The notes: generated by a model not told the origin, from the letters alone. 63,471 nucleotides of DNA, filler included, from Nemertoderma westbladi (GCA_032718475.1; 3 parts of 3 records of this genome joined end to end with filler, not necessarily neighbours in it), one strand, 5' to 3'; positions 38,727-51,509 are shown, counted from the first letter of the whole stretch. Made by a program: numbers and translations.

Positions 38727-41700
38727 ATGGAAGACACAATCCTCCACCAGAAGAATATCATTAACGGGGAATTTAAATTTAAAGAAAATGATCCCAACAA
38801 ATCGGTAGTTTCTGTTGTTATCAAACCCAACAATGGAGTCAAGTTGTGGCAGATTCTTCAAATCGCCGCTAAAAATGGCTTCGTCTTAGAGGGAATTGAG
38901 TCGCGATCAAGTTTAATTGAGAATGGAGAACTCGAGTTCCTCATTGGATTCAAGCCGAGTGACGGAGTTCGGAAAGAAACCATCGCAAACGCTATTGGTA
39001 ATGACGTTGCTAAAGTTTCCATCAAGGGTAATGTCGATGTGTTTGCTGAGAAGGGAATTGATTGGTTCCCACGGAGTGTCTACGATTTGGATAAATGCCG
39101 CGATGTTGTAGCGGAAGTTGATCCCGAGTTGGGATTCCAACACCCAGGTCGGTTCTTAGCAGGTTGTAAAGTATAATTAATTACGGTGTCAAGCCCATTC
39201 GATTGTGCACTTGCGGTGCTGCAGTGGGGGTTAAAACTGTCCTATGTACTCGCTACGTCATGAAGGTAAAAATGATTATGATTTTATAATGAATAATGGA
39301 TATAATTATATTTACATGATGAATGAAGGATTTCCTACTTTTTCTTTACAAGGAAGAATATGTAGCCTACTACTGTACATGGCATGTATCATATACATCG
39401 AATTCAACAGCTATCATAAATATTGTTGATATTCACAATCATGTTTTTCTCATTTACTATAAACATAATCGATTCATAAACGGAATACTGATTTGAATTA
39501 TACTGAGTAGATAACTAATTATACTATAAATAAAATTTTGCAGAACATCAGAACATGAATTCCAGGCTACCTACCTACTGTACCTAGATAAACAGTAAAC
39601 AGTAGGTAGGTTCACCAGAAATTTAACAAAGTATCACAAGCAAACGTTCATGTTTGTAGGTTTTGGAGACCGCAGTTACAGGGCAAGGAGGACGGAAATA
39701 ATCAAACACGCAATGGAATTCAGCGCAGGCGATCCACTTCCACATGCTGTCTACTCTCAGGCCGAGATAGATACGTGGACCTACGTGTTCAAGAAGGTCA
39801 AAGGATACATTGGCAAATACGCCTGCAAGGAATACATTGAACAATTTAGGTAAGTCTTTTGAGTCTTTGTAGACATGATGGCCAGGTGACAGGCTAGGTG
39901 AGCGAAGTATAACAAAGTGAGTGCGGTTACTCAACCTTTTTTGGGGGCGAGCCTTAGCACAAAGTTTTGCGCGGACCAAATCGTCATGGTCTGATTGTCT
40001 GCTCATCTGTCCATATTGGTCAATGTTTGGACGTCAATATATCAGCAATCAATGGTGAAATTTGTTTTAATTTGGTATCTGTAAAGTATATAAATGGTTT
40101 TGAACATTTGAAAACTGAGAATCTCACCATGAAGGTCATCTCACCTCAATTCCTATTTACACAGTACTATAAACTGTTTGATAGTTCAGGTTTACAGACT
40201 ATGTGTGCATTAACTTACCCCAACATTTCTGCTACTTAACAAGAGGTCAAAACAAGAGTTCTCTCTATGAGCAGAAACAACAATATGTTTTGCATTTTTG
40301 GTGCACGAAGTATCATTAAGATCATTAAAAAGATCATATATATTCCATGATGATGAAATAGCCATGATGCCATGATTGCCATGATGAAAATGTCATGAAT
40401 TCTATGTAGAAATGCCCCTAAAGCTCTTATGAGGCATCGACCCTTTTAATTAAAGGGCTCAGACAAAGCGTGCTGGAATTTGGTCGCGTTTTGAGTGTGA
40501 AATTTGAGGAAAGGGAATGTAATTTGGCTGCAGCAAATGGATCTGGCTTAATACAGGTCTTTATATGCTGAGATTAAGATGTTGGTCTGCGACAGTAGGC
40601 CTACTGGACATGTGATGTTCAACAACAGAATCCTTCAAAATCTAAGTTACCAGACCAATCTACCCTAAATTCCTCCTTAACTAGAGAGATAATGCTAATG
40701 TATATTTTCGAATAAATTATTGAATTGTAAAATTCTGGCTGTACCCTACAGTATAGGCCCTAACATTTCAAATTTAAGCCTAATATATTTTACTACATGT
40801 ATTGCATACCTAACATACATTACTAATAGGCTTTGAAAGATTTAACATTCAGAGTAGGCCCAAGTGCCCCCATGCAGACCTCAATAATCATTATGATTCG
40901 TTTTAATTAATATATTATAAATATTAAAAAACTATAATTAATGAACAGGGCTCTGGAAGACTGTGGTTTGCTACGCGAGGACAACATCCCCCAAATACGG
41001 GATGTATCAGCATACCTCGAGAAAAAAACCGGATTCTCATTGAGACCTGTAGGGGGCTTGGTTACTCCACGAGATTTCCTCAACAGTTTGGCTTTTAAAG
41101 TTTTCCAGGTTTGACTCTCTTTAAAGCTCTTTTATTCGTTTTATCCAAATATACACTGAATTTTATAGTTTAAATTTATCCAATAATCACCACCAAACAT
41201 TGAATAAAAAACCAAATGTATGCTATATTATATAATATTTAAATTTTCTAATGAATAATTGTTATTTACATAAAGCTTATCGTAGAGATGATAGAAAAAA
41301 TATACAAATTATTGAGGGTCTTTAGCTGGTTATATTATATTAATTAAAGATACTGTACAATAGCAAAAGTTTTTGACCTACCGGTCTGCATCAGACTATG
41401 TACAGGCAACTAACTGGAAAGGGTGGGGGTCTATCTATGTATTGTGTAATGTTTTCTATCATCTATACACTACTGTATGTTACCGCTGGTGAATTCCTAC
41501 CACTTCATCCGTTCGTTTAATAAAGCTTATCGACATACAATCACTGGCCATTTTCATTTACTGTTGTATGAACGTCTCATGTTTAACAAAACCAATATCT
41601 AATACTAATAATAGGGCTGTTATACTTCAGAGCACCAAAAATACAGTATGCAGAAAAATCGCCTCCAATATTTAATCGAATTATCTTTTTTTTTAATTTC

Positions 41701-42588
41701 ACCGAATATACGTCATTATACCTCCCTCAGTGCACCCAATATATACGGCACCCGGCCCAGCCCGAACACAGCCCAGAACCCGATTGCATCCACGAGATGC
41801 TAGGCCACGTCCCCATGTTTGCTGATCCTGATGTGGCGCAATTCTCCCAGGAGATTGGAATGGCTTCCATTGGTGCATCTGATGAAGACGTTGATAAACT
41901 CGGGACCCTATACTGGTTCACTATAGAGTTCGGCCTCTGTAAGCAAGGAAACGAACTCAAGGTTATTTAATTATTAGTATGGAAGAAAATAAACAACACA
42001 AATTGGTGGGTTAATGATTTGAGTCATGGTATATATCATTTGAAAAGAATCTAATATGTACTATTCCATTAAAATAGGCCTATGGTGCTGCTTTACTTTC
42101 ATCCGCTGGAGAAATTGAACATGCTTTATCTGACGTACCGGAACATTTACCATTTGTGCCAGAAGAAACAGCTGTCCAACCCTATCAGTACTACACATAC
42201 CAACCAGCATACTACTACACTGGGGATATTGCAGAAGCCACTCAGATATTGAGGTAAGTTACTAATGTATATTAAGTAGACGACCTAACTGTAACCTACA
42301 ATAACTTGATATAGTCAATATATATCATTTTGCATAACAGTGTAGTATGGTAACTACTGAATTAAGATAATCTTTTTTTTGTTACATGTTCTGTAGGCCT
42401 ACAGTTTGATTGATTGATTGATTGACTATACTATACATTGTTAGACAACCTACATACAGTACACTCCATAATACTGTATCTTATTGATATATTAATAATA
42501 TTATTTGTTTAGATCTTACCTGTCGAAAATAAAGAAGCCAGTGGATATGAGATATAATTCGAAAACTAATACAGTGGAAATTATCTGA
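38727..42588 (+). CDS. Biopterin-dependent aromatic amino acid hydroxylase, tyrosine-hydroxylase-like. Exons 38727-39147, 39660-39849, 40949-41108, 41731-41961, 42078-42253 and 42513-42588 give 417 aa
   Basis: ACT domain (IESR), WFPR...[77 protein letters not shown]. All five introns are GT-AG and preserve the frame. Confidence 0.93.
41360..41399 (-). ncRNA. Decayed second copy of the hammerhead-like motif (GAAA mutated to AAAA), in hydroxylase intron 3
   Basis: ATAGT-CTGATGCA-GACCggtaGGTC-AAAA-ACTT-TT-GCTAT inside the repeat at 41308-41523. Confidence 0.35.
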
Positions 42589-43615
42589 TGACTTTGCTAA
42601 ATAATTTGGTATTGTGCTACTATCCTAAAAAAACTAACACATCAGACTATGTTCCTTTATTTTTTGCGTAATAACTTTACTCCATGGTAAATTATATAGC
42701 ACTTTATACGCCAACTGTATGCTAATAAGACATTATAAATTTTTTGGTGTTGGCTATTGACTATCCACTAAACCCACAGCAGTAGACCAGACCTACTGTA
42801 AGGTCTCTAACTCACCATTATGTTTATTGATGTAGCACTTAACTATATGGTATGTGGCCTATTCCCTCTGGTACTACTGTATGCGTGTTACTAAAATACA
42901 GCTGGAATGTTTCTTGTGTTAGTACTGTATATCCTAAATAATAAACAAACTATATCCATTTGACGGACTACTAGGTTAATAAAATTAATAATGGTTTGAT
43001 ATGTTTGTCCGTTTTGTAATTGTCTAGACATCTATAAAATTAACATACTTTTTATAGTTAATAATTAATTTAGAGATAATACAATAAGAGTAATTTCTCA
43101 ATAACTTTTTAGTTACATTCTAGTGCAGTTGATTCCAAAACTATTTATAGTGCAGTTTAACTTTTTTCCATAAAAATACCACCGGTTTTTCGGGTGACAT
43201 CTAACCTTTATATGCCTATCTCGTATGATATACACGCTCATCTGTATATGTTTACTAATCTGTAACGCTTTGCAACAACCCAATTTATATGTATATTGAT
43301 GCAATATTGCACACAATTCAAATGGTGGAGTAAACAATAAATTATAAATACAGATTATATTATTTTGTATAAGTTTTGCTGGGGTTAAAAGGTTCTCAAA
43401 TTTATTGACCAATGAAAAAGTTTGTGGGTATATATACAGTAATATGTCCATGTTTTTATAACTGGTGATTTGGACCTACCATGACCTAGTGGGCCAGTTA
43501 TTTCTCTTAGTTATAATCCCTGAAATAATAGGCCTAGCTCGTAGAAAGTACTGGTCCCCAGCTAAAATTATGTCCTCTTTCAGGTGAGACAAATTAAAAT
43601 TTAATAGCTCCAGTA

Positions 43616-44215
43616 CTACTACTACTACTACTAGGATCGGCATGCTGCATTGCAGCTGCATTTTTAAGAATGCTGTGCCGGCTTGTCAACAAAATTGCAC
43701 CGCCACAACTCCCTATCACCCATGACATTTGCTAGATCATCCGCATCTTTTAGGGCCAGTGTCCTTTAAGATGCGTCTCAAGAAAGTCATGGGCTGTCCA
43801 CCATGCTTATTCACTCAATGAGGCTGCCAAAGTACAAGATTATGCACTGGCTGGTCCTCACGGCGAAAGCAATGTCCTGCAAAGCGGAGGCGATTTTGTT
43901 CTAGTGTCAAGCTTGGGGGAACCAATGAGACACCTCCAATGTTATATAGTGTCTGGTTGGAGATGTGTGCATTGTACTTGACACAATGAACCCGGCGTAG
44001 CATTCTTGTGAATGTGCCATCCAGAGATTTGGTGTCCTCGGCAGTTAGAGCCCAGCATGGACTCCCGTAGAGTAGTACTGGAACTACTGCTGCTCTAAAT
44101 AATCGGACCTTAAGATTCCGATTAATTCTCGGTGACTTCCAAATCCTGGAAAGCCTATTCAAGGCTGCCCATGCCTTTCCCTTACGTATTCGAAGGTCCT
44201 CACCTGACTTCCGGA
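43616..44215 (-). mobile_element. 5'-truncated RTE-type LINE with (TAG)n tail inserted in the left TIR of the P-like element
   Basis: TSD TCCAGTA at 43609-43615 and 44216-44222. RKGKAWAALNRLSRIWKS...RLRFAGHCFR. Confidence 0.92.
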
Positions 44216-45100
44216 TCCAGTAGTTTTCGAGATATGAGGAGTTCCTGGCACCCATGCCATATCAGCACCTTTCGGAATTAAAAAAATACTCAAAATACAC
44301 CACCCTTCAAAGACTTTGGTATAGCCATACTATGCTTTTTTGGTTTGTTAAATTCATTATTAGTAATCGAAAGTGAGATTAGAAGCAAAATTGAATCTTT
44401 TATTTTTTAATAGATGCTAAAAGAGCATCAAAAGTGCAAGTAGCTCAAAATTGTCAAATAGCCAAAGGTGGTAAATTGAGGTTTTTTGGCAATGGTTTTA
44501 TAAAATTGTGTTATTATCGAAATGGCCAATGTTTCAGTTGGAATTTTGAAGTGCCAGTGAACTTGTACAGTACTTCATTTCAGTACCTACCTGCCTACTG
44601 CAGTGAGCTGGTCCAGTACTTACAATACGTACCGGTACTATTTTACGGTACTGCACTTCCTTGGTACCGGTCTACGGATTGGTATGGCCATGGCTGCATA
44701 GTATAACAGTCGCACTGTATTATATTACTACTGTTTAATTCTTCTGTACTGCTGTATAAATGGATATACTACTATATACAGTGCATTATTCCGTATGTGG
44801 TATGTCAGTACGAGCACTGTATTGTGCCACTACTGTGCTTGTGCGACTGTGGTGGTACATGGATGATAGGCATGTCAATACCAGATTACTTCTGACTGGA
44901 TACAAGGCGTTTCCATTATTGCATTACTTCGGTAGGTGTCTATATGTGTTTAGAGCAATATACTGATATAACCGATATTTATTATCACCTCTACGAACTC
45001 ACCTAGGGTGAAGGCCCGCCCAGCCGGGCTCCCGTGGCGGCCTATAGGTCTGAACATAGTCATGATACTACTGTATTTTTTGTATGTGGTCACAGCAGTT

Positions 45101-46125
45101 ATGGTGGGAAAATGCTGTGTTTACGGATGCCGCTGGGGCTACAGCGGCACATTGCCGCAATCGACACCCATTTCAATGTTCGTATTTCCTCCACCAGATT
45201 CGCCACTCCATTGTAAATGGGTTGAATTTATTAGTTCGACTAGGCAAGGGTCTTCCACAGAACAGTTATGGACTCCAGGGGCTTCCGCTAAGATTTGCAG
45301 TTTGCATTTCGACGGGCGATATATTCATAGCAAGCAACAGCGGCCATCTTTATCCAAGCTGTTCCCACGATTCACCCGGATTCTGTTCCAACTTCGCTGC
45401 GCAAAATGCCCCAAACTCCTAGAAAACCGCCATTAAAAGGAATATACTGTTCGGATGAAATTCAAGACTTCTCAAAGAAGACTAAAATTGGTTCTTTAGC
45501 TGATGTAGAGGATTATGTAGAAGATAATAAAGAATTTTCCCATTACGAGGTTTGTCTACATAATACCAGTTCTGGTAAACGGCTGTCTGTTTACAAAATG
45601 GATTTTAGTGACACACCAGCTTTAGAAGAATGTATAACTGTTGACACAGATCTACATTTCAAATTATCAATTGGAGGCACACCAATACCCCAACCATCTT
45701 GGTTAAGGTTAGTTCATTTCCAAATTATTTAAAACTTGCGACACAGCAAGCACTAATACAAACAAACCAATCAATGGCCAACTTTGAGTTGTTATATAAA
45801 GATGATTATGAATTTGTTCTTACAGGACGACTTCAAACAGATCCATTAGAACGCCACTATTCAAAGTACAGGCAAATGAGTGGGGGTCGTTTTTTGGTGG
45901 GCTTATTAGAAGTTATTAGGTCAGAAAATATCATTCGTGTTAAATCTATGCTAAAGAAGAATATTTGTTTAGATGACGTTATTGTAGATCGATTTCTGGA
46001 TTTCGATTTCACTGATATCTTAGAGAATATAGATAGTATCGAATTTGTTTATGATGTTGATGAGGCGACAACCGAGGCTACTGTTTGTGTAGCTGGCTAC
46101 ATAGCGCACAAGTTACTAAAATTTT
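45101..46125 (+). pseudogene. Internally deleted, frameshifted THAP/P-element transposase
   Basis: THAP C2CH domain (CCVYGC..FP..W..CSLHF) and P-type C-terminal motif LTGRLQTDPLERHYSKYRQMSGG..YIAHKL. The catalytic middle is absent. Confidence 0.85.
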
Positions 46126-46914
46126 ATTTATTATTATTCTATTTTAAAATTTTGAGCTACTTGCACTTTTGGTGCTGTTTTAGTGTCTATTAAAAATAAA
46201 AGATTCAATTTTGCTTCTAATCTCACTTTCGATTACTAATAATGAATTTAACAAACCAAAAAAGCATAGTATGGCTGTACCAAAGTCTTTGAAGGGTGGT
46301 GTATTTTGAGTATTTTTTCAATTCCGAAAGGTGATGATATGGCATGGGTGCCAGGAACTCCTCATATCTCGAAAACTACTGGAGCTATTAAATTTTTATT
46401 TGTCTCACCTGAAAGAGGGCATAATTTTACCTGGGACCAGTACTTTCGACGAGCTAGACCTATTATTTCAGGGATTATAACTAAGAGAAATAACTGGCCC
46501 ACTAAATTTAGGGGCTTTGCAGCAGCTTAGCGGGTCGTATCTACAGTAGGTCATGGACCTACATACGAACCAAGCGAGATTTTACAAGCTCAATAGTTCC
46601 ATTTAGTGATGTAACATTTTCATGACTTTTTATGCCGTCATTCCAAAGTTTCTGTAATTCATTTTCCATTTTTTTTAGCTTTGGACAAATAATCCAATGC
46701 ATTCAAAAAAGTGGAATCCGACTTCCCTAAACTCTTTTATAGATATTTTACTGGTGGTGGATTTTATTGTCAAGTGTATGTTTGTAGTGTTTAAAGCTTG
46801 ACGGTTTTAAGTGCTGCCTACTGTATAATAGATATTTTTTTTAACATGAACGCTCTCATATGACATACCGACATGCAGCCATGCAGGACGTCCCAACAGC
46901 AAGACGTCTGAGTT

Positions 46915-47176
46915 AATAATAATAATAATAATAATATTGGTTATTTATATAGCGCTTTATTATGCTCGGCATACTCAAAGCGCTTTTATTATCATTACCC
47001 CAGCAAAGCTAGGTTCCCATTATACCGCTGGGTTGGCGTAGGCACTAATGTCTGAAGTGTCTTGCCTAGGGACACAACAGTGCGAAATTTCTACAGCCTT
47101 TAGTCGGATTCGAACCTGCGCCACCAAACACTATTGTGTAAGCAGTTCAGGCGCCATATCCACTCGGACACTGCGA
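46915..47176 (-). mobile_element. tRNA-derived SINE with core domain and L2-type tail
   Basis: Minus strand: B box ggttcgaatcc, core gttgtgtccctaggcaagacactt, tail aaagcgctttgag...taaagcgctatataaat, then (TTA)n. Confidence 0.8.
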
Positions 47177-47433
47177 CATTCTATTCGAGTTACTATATTA
47201 TACTACAGTATTTTGGCTGAGGAAAGATATATCTTACGGAGTTAGCGAATTAGGTGTAGATAAAGTCAATTATATGTAGTAAAAGTGAAACTATAAAATT
47301 GCTAAATGTCCTGGAGGTTGTTGCCCCGATTACCTGATCCTTCACCAAAGCTGAGTGCTCCCCATGATCAGCGGCCTCCATGAAGGCAGGGAGAGCAGGA
47401 GCGCAGGAGAGCGATCTGCAACCTCCATCTCAA

Positions 47434-48133
47434 TCCACCCAAGACTGATCCAGCCCTAGCTCCCTCATCCCCTCATGACGCACTCCACCCAAAACCGATG
47501 CCACCCCTAGATCCCTCATCCCTTCGTATCGCACTCCACCCAATACTGATACCAGCCCTAGTTCCCTCATCCCCTCGTGTCGCACTCCACCCAAGACTGA
47601 TCCAGCCCTAGCTCCCTTATCCCGTCGTGACGCACTCCAGCCAAGACCGAACCAGCCCAAGCTCCCTCATCCCCCCATGTCGCACTCCACCCAAGACCGA
47701 TGGTAGCCCAAACTTCTTCATCCCCCCATGTCGCACTCCACCCAAGACTGATGCCAGCCCTAGCTCCCTCATCCCCTTGTGTCGCACTCCACCCAAGACT
47801 GATCCAGCCCTAGCTCACTCATCCCCCCATGTCGCACTCCACCCAAGACTGATGCCAGCCCTAGCTCCCTCATCCCCTTGTGTCGCACTCCACCCAAGAC
47901 TGATCCAGCCCTAGCTCCCTCATCCCCTCGTCTCGCACTCCACCCAAGACTGATGCCAGCCCTAGCACCCTCATCCCCTCATGTCGCACTCCACCCAAGA
48001 CTGATCCAGCCCTAGCTCCCTCATCCCCTTGTGTCGCACTCCACCCAAGACTGATCCAGCCCTAGCACCCTCATCCCGTCGTGACGCACTCCACCCAAGA
48101 CTGATCCAGCCCTAGCTCCGTCATCCCCTCATG
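47434..48133. repeat. 50/51-bp C-rich minisatellite, about 14 copies
   Basis: Unit TCCACCCAAGACTGAT(G)CCAGCCCTAGCTCCCTCATCCCCTYRTGTCGCAC. Confidence 0.95.
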
Positions 48134-48179
48134 CCTGAAGACCAGCATCCTATACAATAAAAATAAAAAATAAAATTGA

Positions 48180-50265
48180 GTTTCCTAAAGTGGTTCTGAT
48201 TGTGTGCTACTCTCCAACTAGTGTTGCCCCAGAAGGGGAGGTGGAAAATTTCTACCACAATCTACAAGCAGCTACTGATGGAGTGGATCAGCATGCATTC
48301 TTAACTTTCCTGGGTCACTTTAATGCAAGTCTGCATCACTCATCCACACTGCCATAGGGTCTATAGCAATAGCAATAGTGTTAACCGAACTTCCATCAAT
48401 CTTCAGGATTTCATCTCTGGAAATGGACTGTTTTCGGCTGGAACTCCGTTCAAGATGCGTACTGGAAAGCTATTGACTCACACTGGACTCAGTGGCCACA
48501 AGTCCCAGATAGACCACATTCTGTTTCTTAGGAAATACAGGAGCTCTGTACAAGACTGTAGTGCATTTACACTTCGACCCTTCTCCAGTTATCACTGCCT
48601 TATTATGACCAAGGTAAGACCTAGTCTCCGCGCTAGCAGAATTACGAAATCTGCCTTGTCACGACATGACTGATCCTCTCTGTTGCAACAGCCCAGTGTG
48701 GGATCCAGCTTCACACTAAAGCTGAGCAACAGGTACGTACGAGGCTCTCGCCTCTGAGGCAACAGAGCACTGCGACCGATATACTGCCTTCAAAGAAACA
48801 GTTCAATCAGCAGCTGCGGAAACAGTTCCTGTATACCCTTGAAAAAGGAAAAAGGCCCCCTGCACTGACCACAGAATTCGAAAGTGCCGAAATGACCTCT
48901 CTAAGGGGCAGAATGAGTGCCGACTCGGGTACACGAGGACAGACAAGAATGCAGTTAAGGCTGCATCTAGGTACCTTAACAGACAGTACTCTAATAATCT
49001 GAAGGAGCTTATCAATAAACAGGTTGATGCCATTAACAATGCTGATGACAGCAGGCAATCAGCCTAGACATAGCAATCAATAAACCTGCTCACTACTGGG
49101 AGGAAAAGCCAACCAACCACCAAGGTTAAGGCTGAATCTCCATCTGAACGCCTCAAAGGTTGGAAGGACCACTTTGAGAAGCTTCTAAACAATGACAGGG
49201 TATTGCCTGATAACTTTGAGGTACATCATGTGTCTGAGTCTGTGCTCACAGATATCCCCATTGGTGACATCTCCTTTGCTGAAATCAAGACTTCAGCTAG
49301 GAGCATCAAGACCAATCGTGCCAGTGGAGTAGATGGCGTGCCCCCTGAGGTTTTTAAAATTCCTGAGTGTTTGGAGCTCATTCACCCAATTATTGTAGAC
49401 ATGTATAGGACAAATAGAGTCCCTAAAGAACTGAAAACAAATAAGTTTGTCCCAGCCCAAAAAAGGGCAACCTAACAACCCGTTAATCTTTTCGTGGAAT
49501 CTCGTTAATCTCGATTGCTGCAAAGCTATACAACAAAATTATATTAAATCGCATCAGGATCGTTGAGAGAATGTTCCGTGGCGTGGCAAACAAAATGGGT
49601 TCCGTAAAGGTCGTGTGACCACGGAGCCTATTCTGACACTTAGAAGGAAAATCGAAGAATTATCAATAAAGAAAGACAGACAACTGGCTATTATCTTTGT
49701 TGACTTCTTTAAAGCCTTCGACTCAGTCTCCCGACAACGTATGTACATACTGGCAACATATATGATTCCTGAGGAAATTATTGCAGCTATCTGATCACTG
49801 TACAATAATGGTTCTACCACATTTGTGTCTACTGTTGATGGTGACACAGATCCATTCGAAATCTTATGGGGTGTCCTTCAGGGTGACACACTTGCACCAT
49901 TCTTATTCGTAATTGTGGTTGATTTTGTTCTACCCATGTCCTTAGACCATCTTAATGAAGAAGGGGTGATGGTATCACCCCCTACAGGCACAAGAAGTAG
50001 AGGAAATCCAGCAAAGTACCTTACTGATCTATACTTTGCTAATGACTTAGGGGTACTGTCAGAATCACTAGAGAGAGCCCAAAGGCTCTTCTACTCATTG
50101 GAGCAGGTTGCGTCTAGCTAGTGTTGGTCTTTTTGTAAATTCCAAGAAGACCAAAATCATGACAGTCAATCTAGACAGCCTTCAAAAAATGTCTGATCGT
50201 AAGAGTATAAGCTCTAAGGATGGCTTGCTTGAGCACGTGGATGACTTCTTCTACTTGGGATCATG
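48180..50265 (+). mobile_element. Degenerate RTE-type LINE (same family as 20720-22500)
   Basis: Collinear nucleotide similarity to 20720-22236. GVLQGDTLAPFLF motif present. Multiple stops. Confidence 0.9.
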
Positions 50266-51120
50266 AACTTGGGGTCAGAAAGTCTTTAAATGAAGCGGAG
50301 AAAATATAGAAGGAAGCAGCGGAGGATATATATTTTTATCATTTAACAGTTTTAATTAATATAAATGCCGGCTAGACTGGTGTACCCGAAATAATAATAA
50401 AATAGTCTGTCCAGGATTTGTAAGTCTCATACATGTAGAATAAAACGGAACCTTAACCCTATTACCACTGGGGTGTTTTGACCATTAGCACCACTGGGGG
50501 GGGGGGGGGGGGCGATTCGGCCCACCCACTACATTTTTGTAATCGTCCAATGAAATCCTACAAAATTTGGGCTGTTGCCCTGCAAACCAGAAGTATCCGA
50601 GGATTAATTTTGTATTGGAAATTTAATGCTGCTAAAAAGTTGTGCAATAGTGCAATGAGACAAATTATTTGAGAAAAACCCAAAATTGTACATTTTAATA
50701 TTGAAGTAATCTAAAATAATATTTAAATACTAATATTAAAATTCAGATATTGAAATAACATTCAGAATACATTGGAACAGCAATGTTTTTTATTTAACAC
50801 ATATAATCGCAACATATTTTGAATGATATTCTAATACTATATTCCATACTATTGATATTATAATGTATTTCCAATGTTATCGAAATATTCAAATCAGAAT
50901 ATTTCATTGACTAATTTCAATTGCACTGAACATGACTCATGCAGTGTTATTCCAATGTTAATACTATATTATCTTAACGTTTGCATTTAGGTTATCAAAA
51001 ATTTGCATTGGGAATGAATCATAGCATTGTTATAACAATGATACAAAAAGGTTATTCTAACCTTGTTTTTCGAATGTTGACGAGTCATACTTCAAAGGCT
51101 TCGAATAACAATATTATTCT

Positions 51121-51220
51121 NNNNNNNNNNNNNNNNNNNNNNNNNNNNNNNNNNNNNNNNNNNNTTAATTAATTAANNNNNNNNNNNNNNNNNNNNNNNN
51201 NNNNNNNNNNNNNNNNNNNN
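51121..51220. other. Assembly gap with artificial TTAATTAATTAA spacer
   Basis: 44 N + 12 nt + 44 N. Confidence 0.97.
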
Positions 51221-51410
51221 ACACTTCCAGGGATAGTTCTGTAACTCACTAAGCAGACACTAGTGGAGGACAGTTCAGTAACCCACTAACCAGATTAACC
51301 AAACACTTCCAGGGACATTTAATTATCTCACTAACCAGACACGAATGGAGGACAGTTCAGCATCTCACTAAGCAGACACTAATTTAAGACAGTTCAGTAA
51401 CTCACTACCA
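51221..51410. repeat. Degenerate tandem repeat of about 37-45 bp abutting the gap
   Basis: Recurring acagttcagtaactcactaagcagacact. Confidence 0.7.
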
Positions 51411-51509
51411 ATAAGTAAGTATTCAATTTCAAACTTCTAAGTATATTGCACTACCTTGTACAAGGAAGTCATACAGTATACAAGAAATAATATAAGAAGA
51501 GATCACTGG

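Larger units (their letters stand above)
43480..46555 (+). mobile_element. Non-autonomous P-superfamily (THAP, Galileo-like) DNA transposon with about 400-bp TIRs
   Basis: Termini CATGACCTA...TAGGTCATG. 7-bp TSD GACCTAC at 43473-43479 and 46556-46562. Right TIR is 46148-46555. Left TIR is 43480-44452, split by a LINE. Confidence 0.92.

Noticed and set aside
38727-42588. Assigning the gene symbol TH, PAH or TPH
   Set aside because: Diagnostic residues are mixed; a phylogeny is needed.
47430-47914. ORFs in the 50-bp minisatellite
   Set aside because: Pure repeat translations with frameshifting 50/51-bp units.
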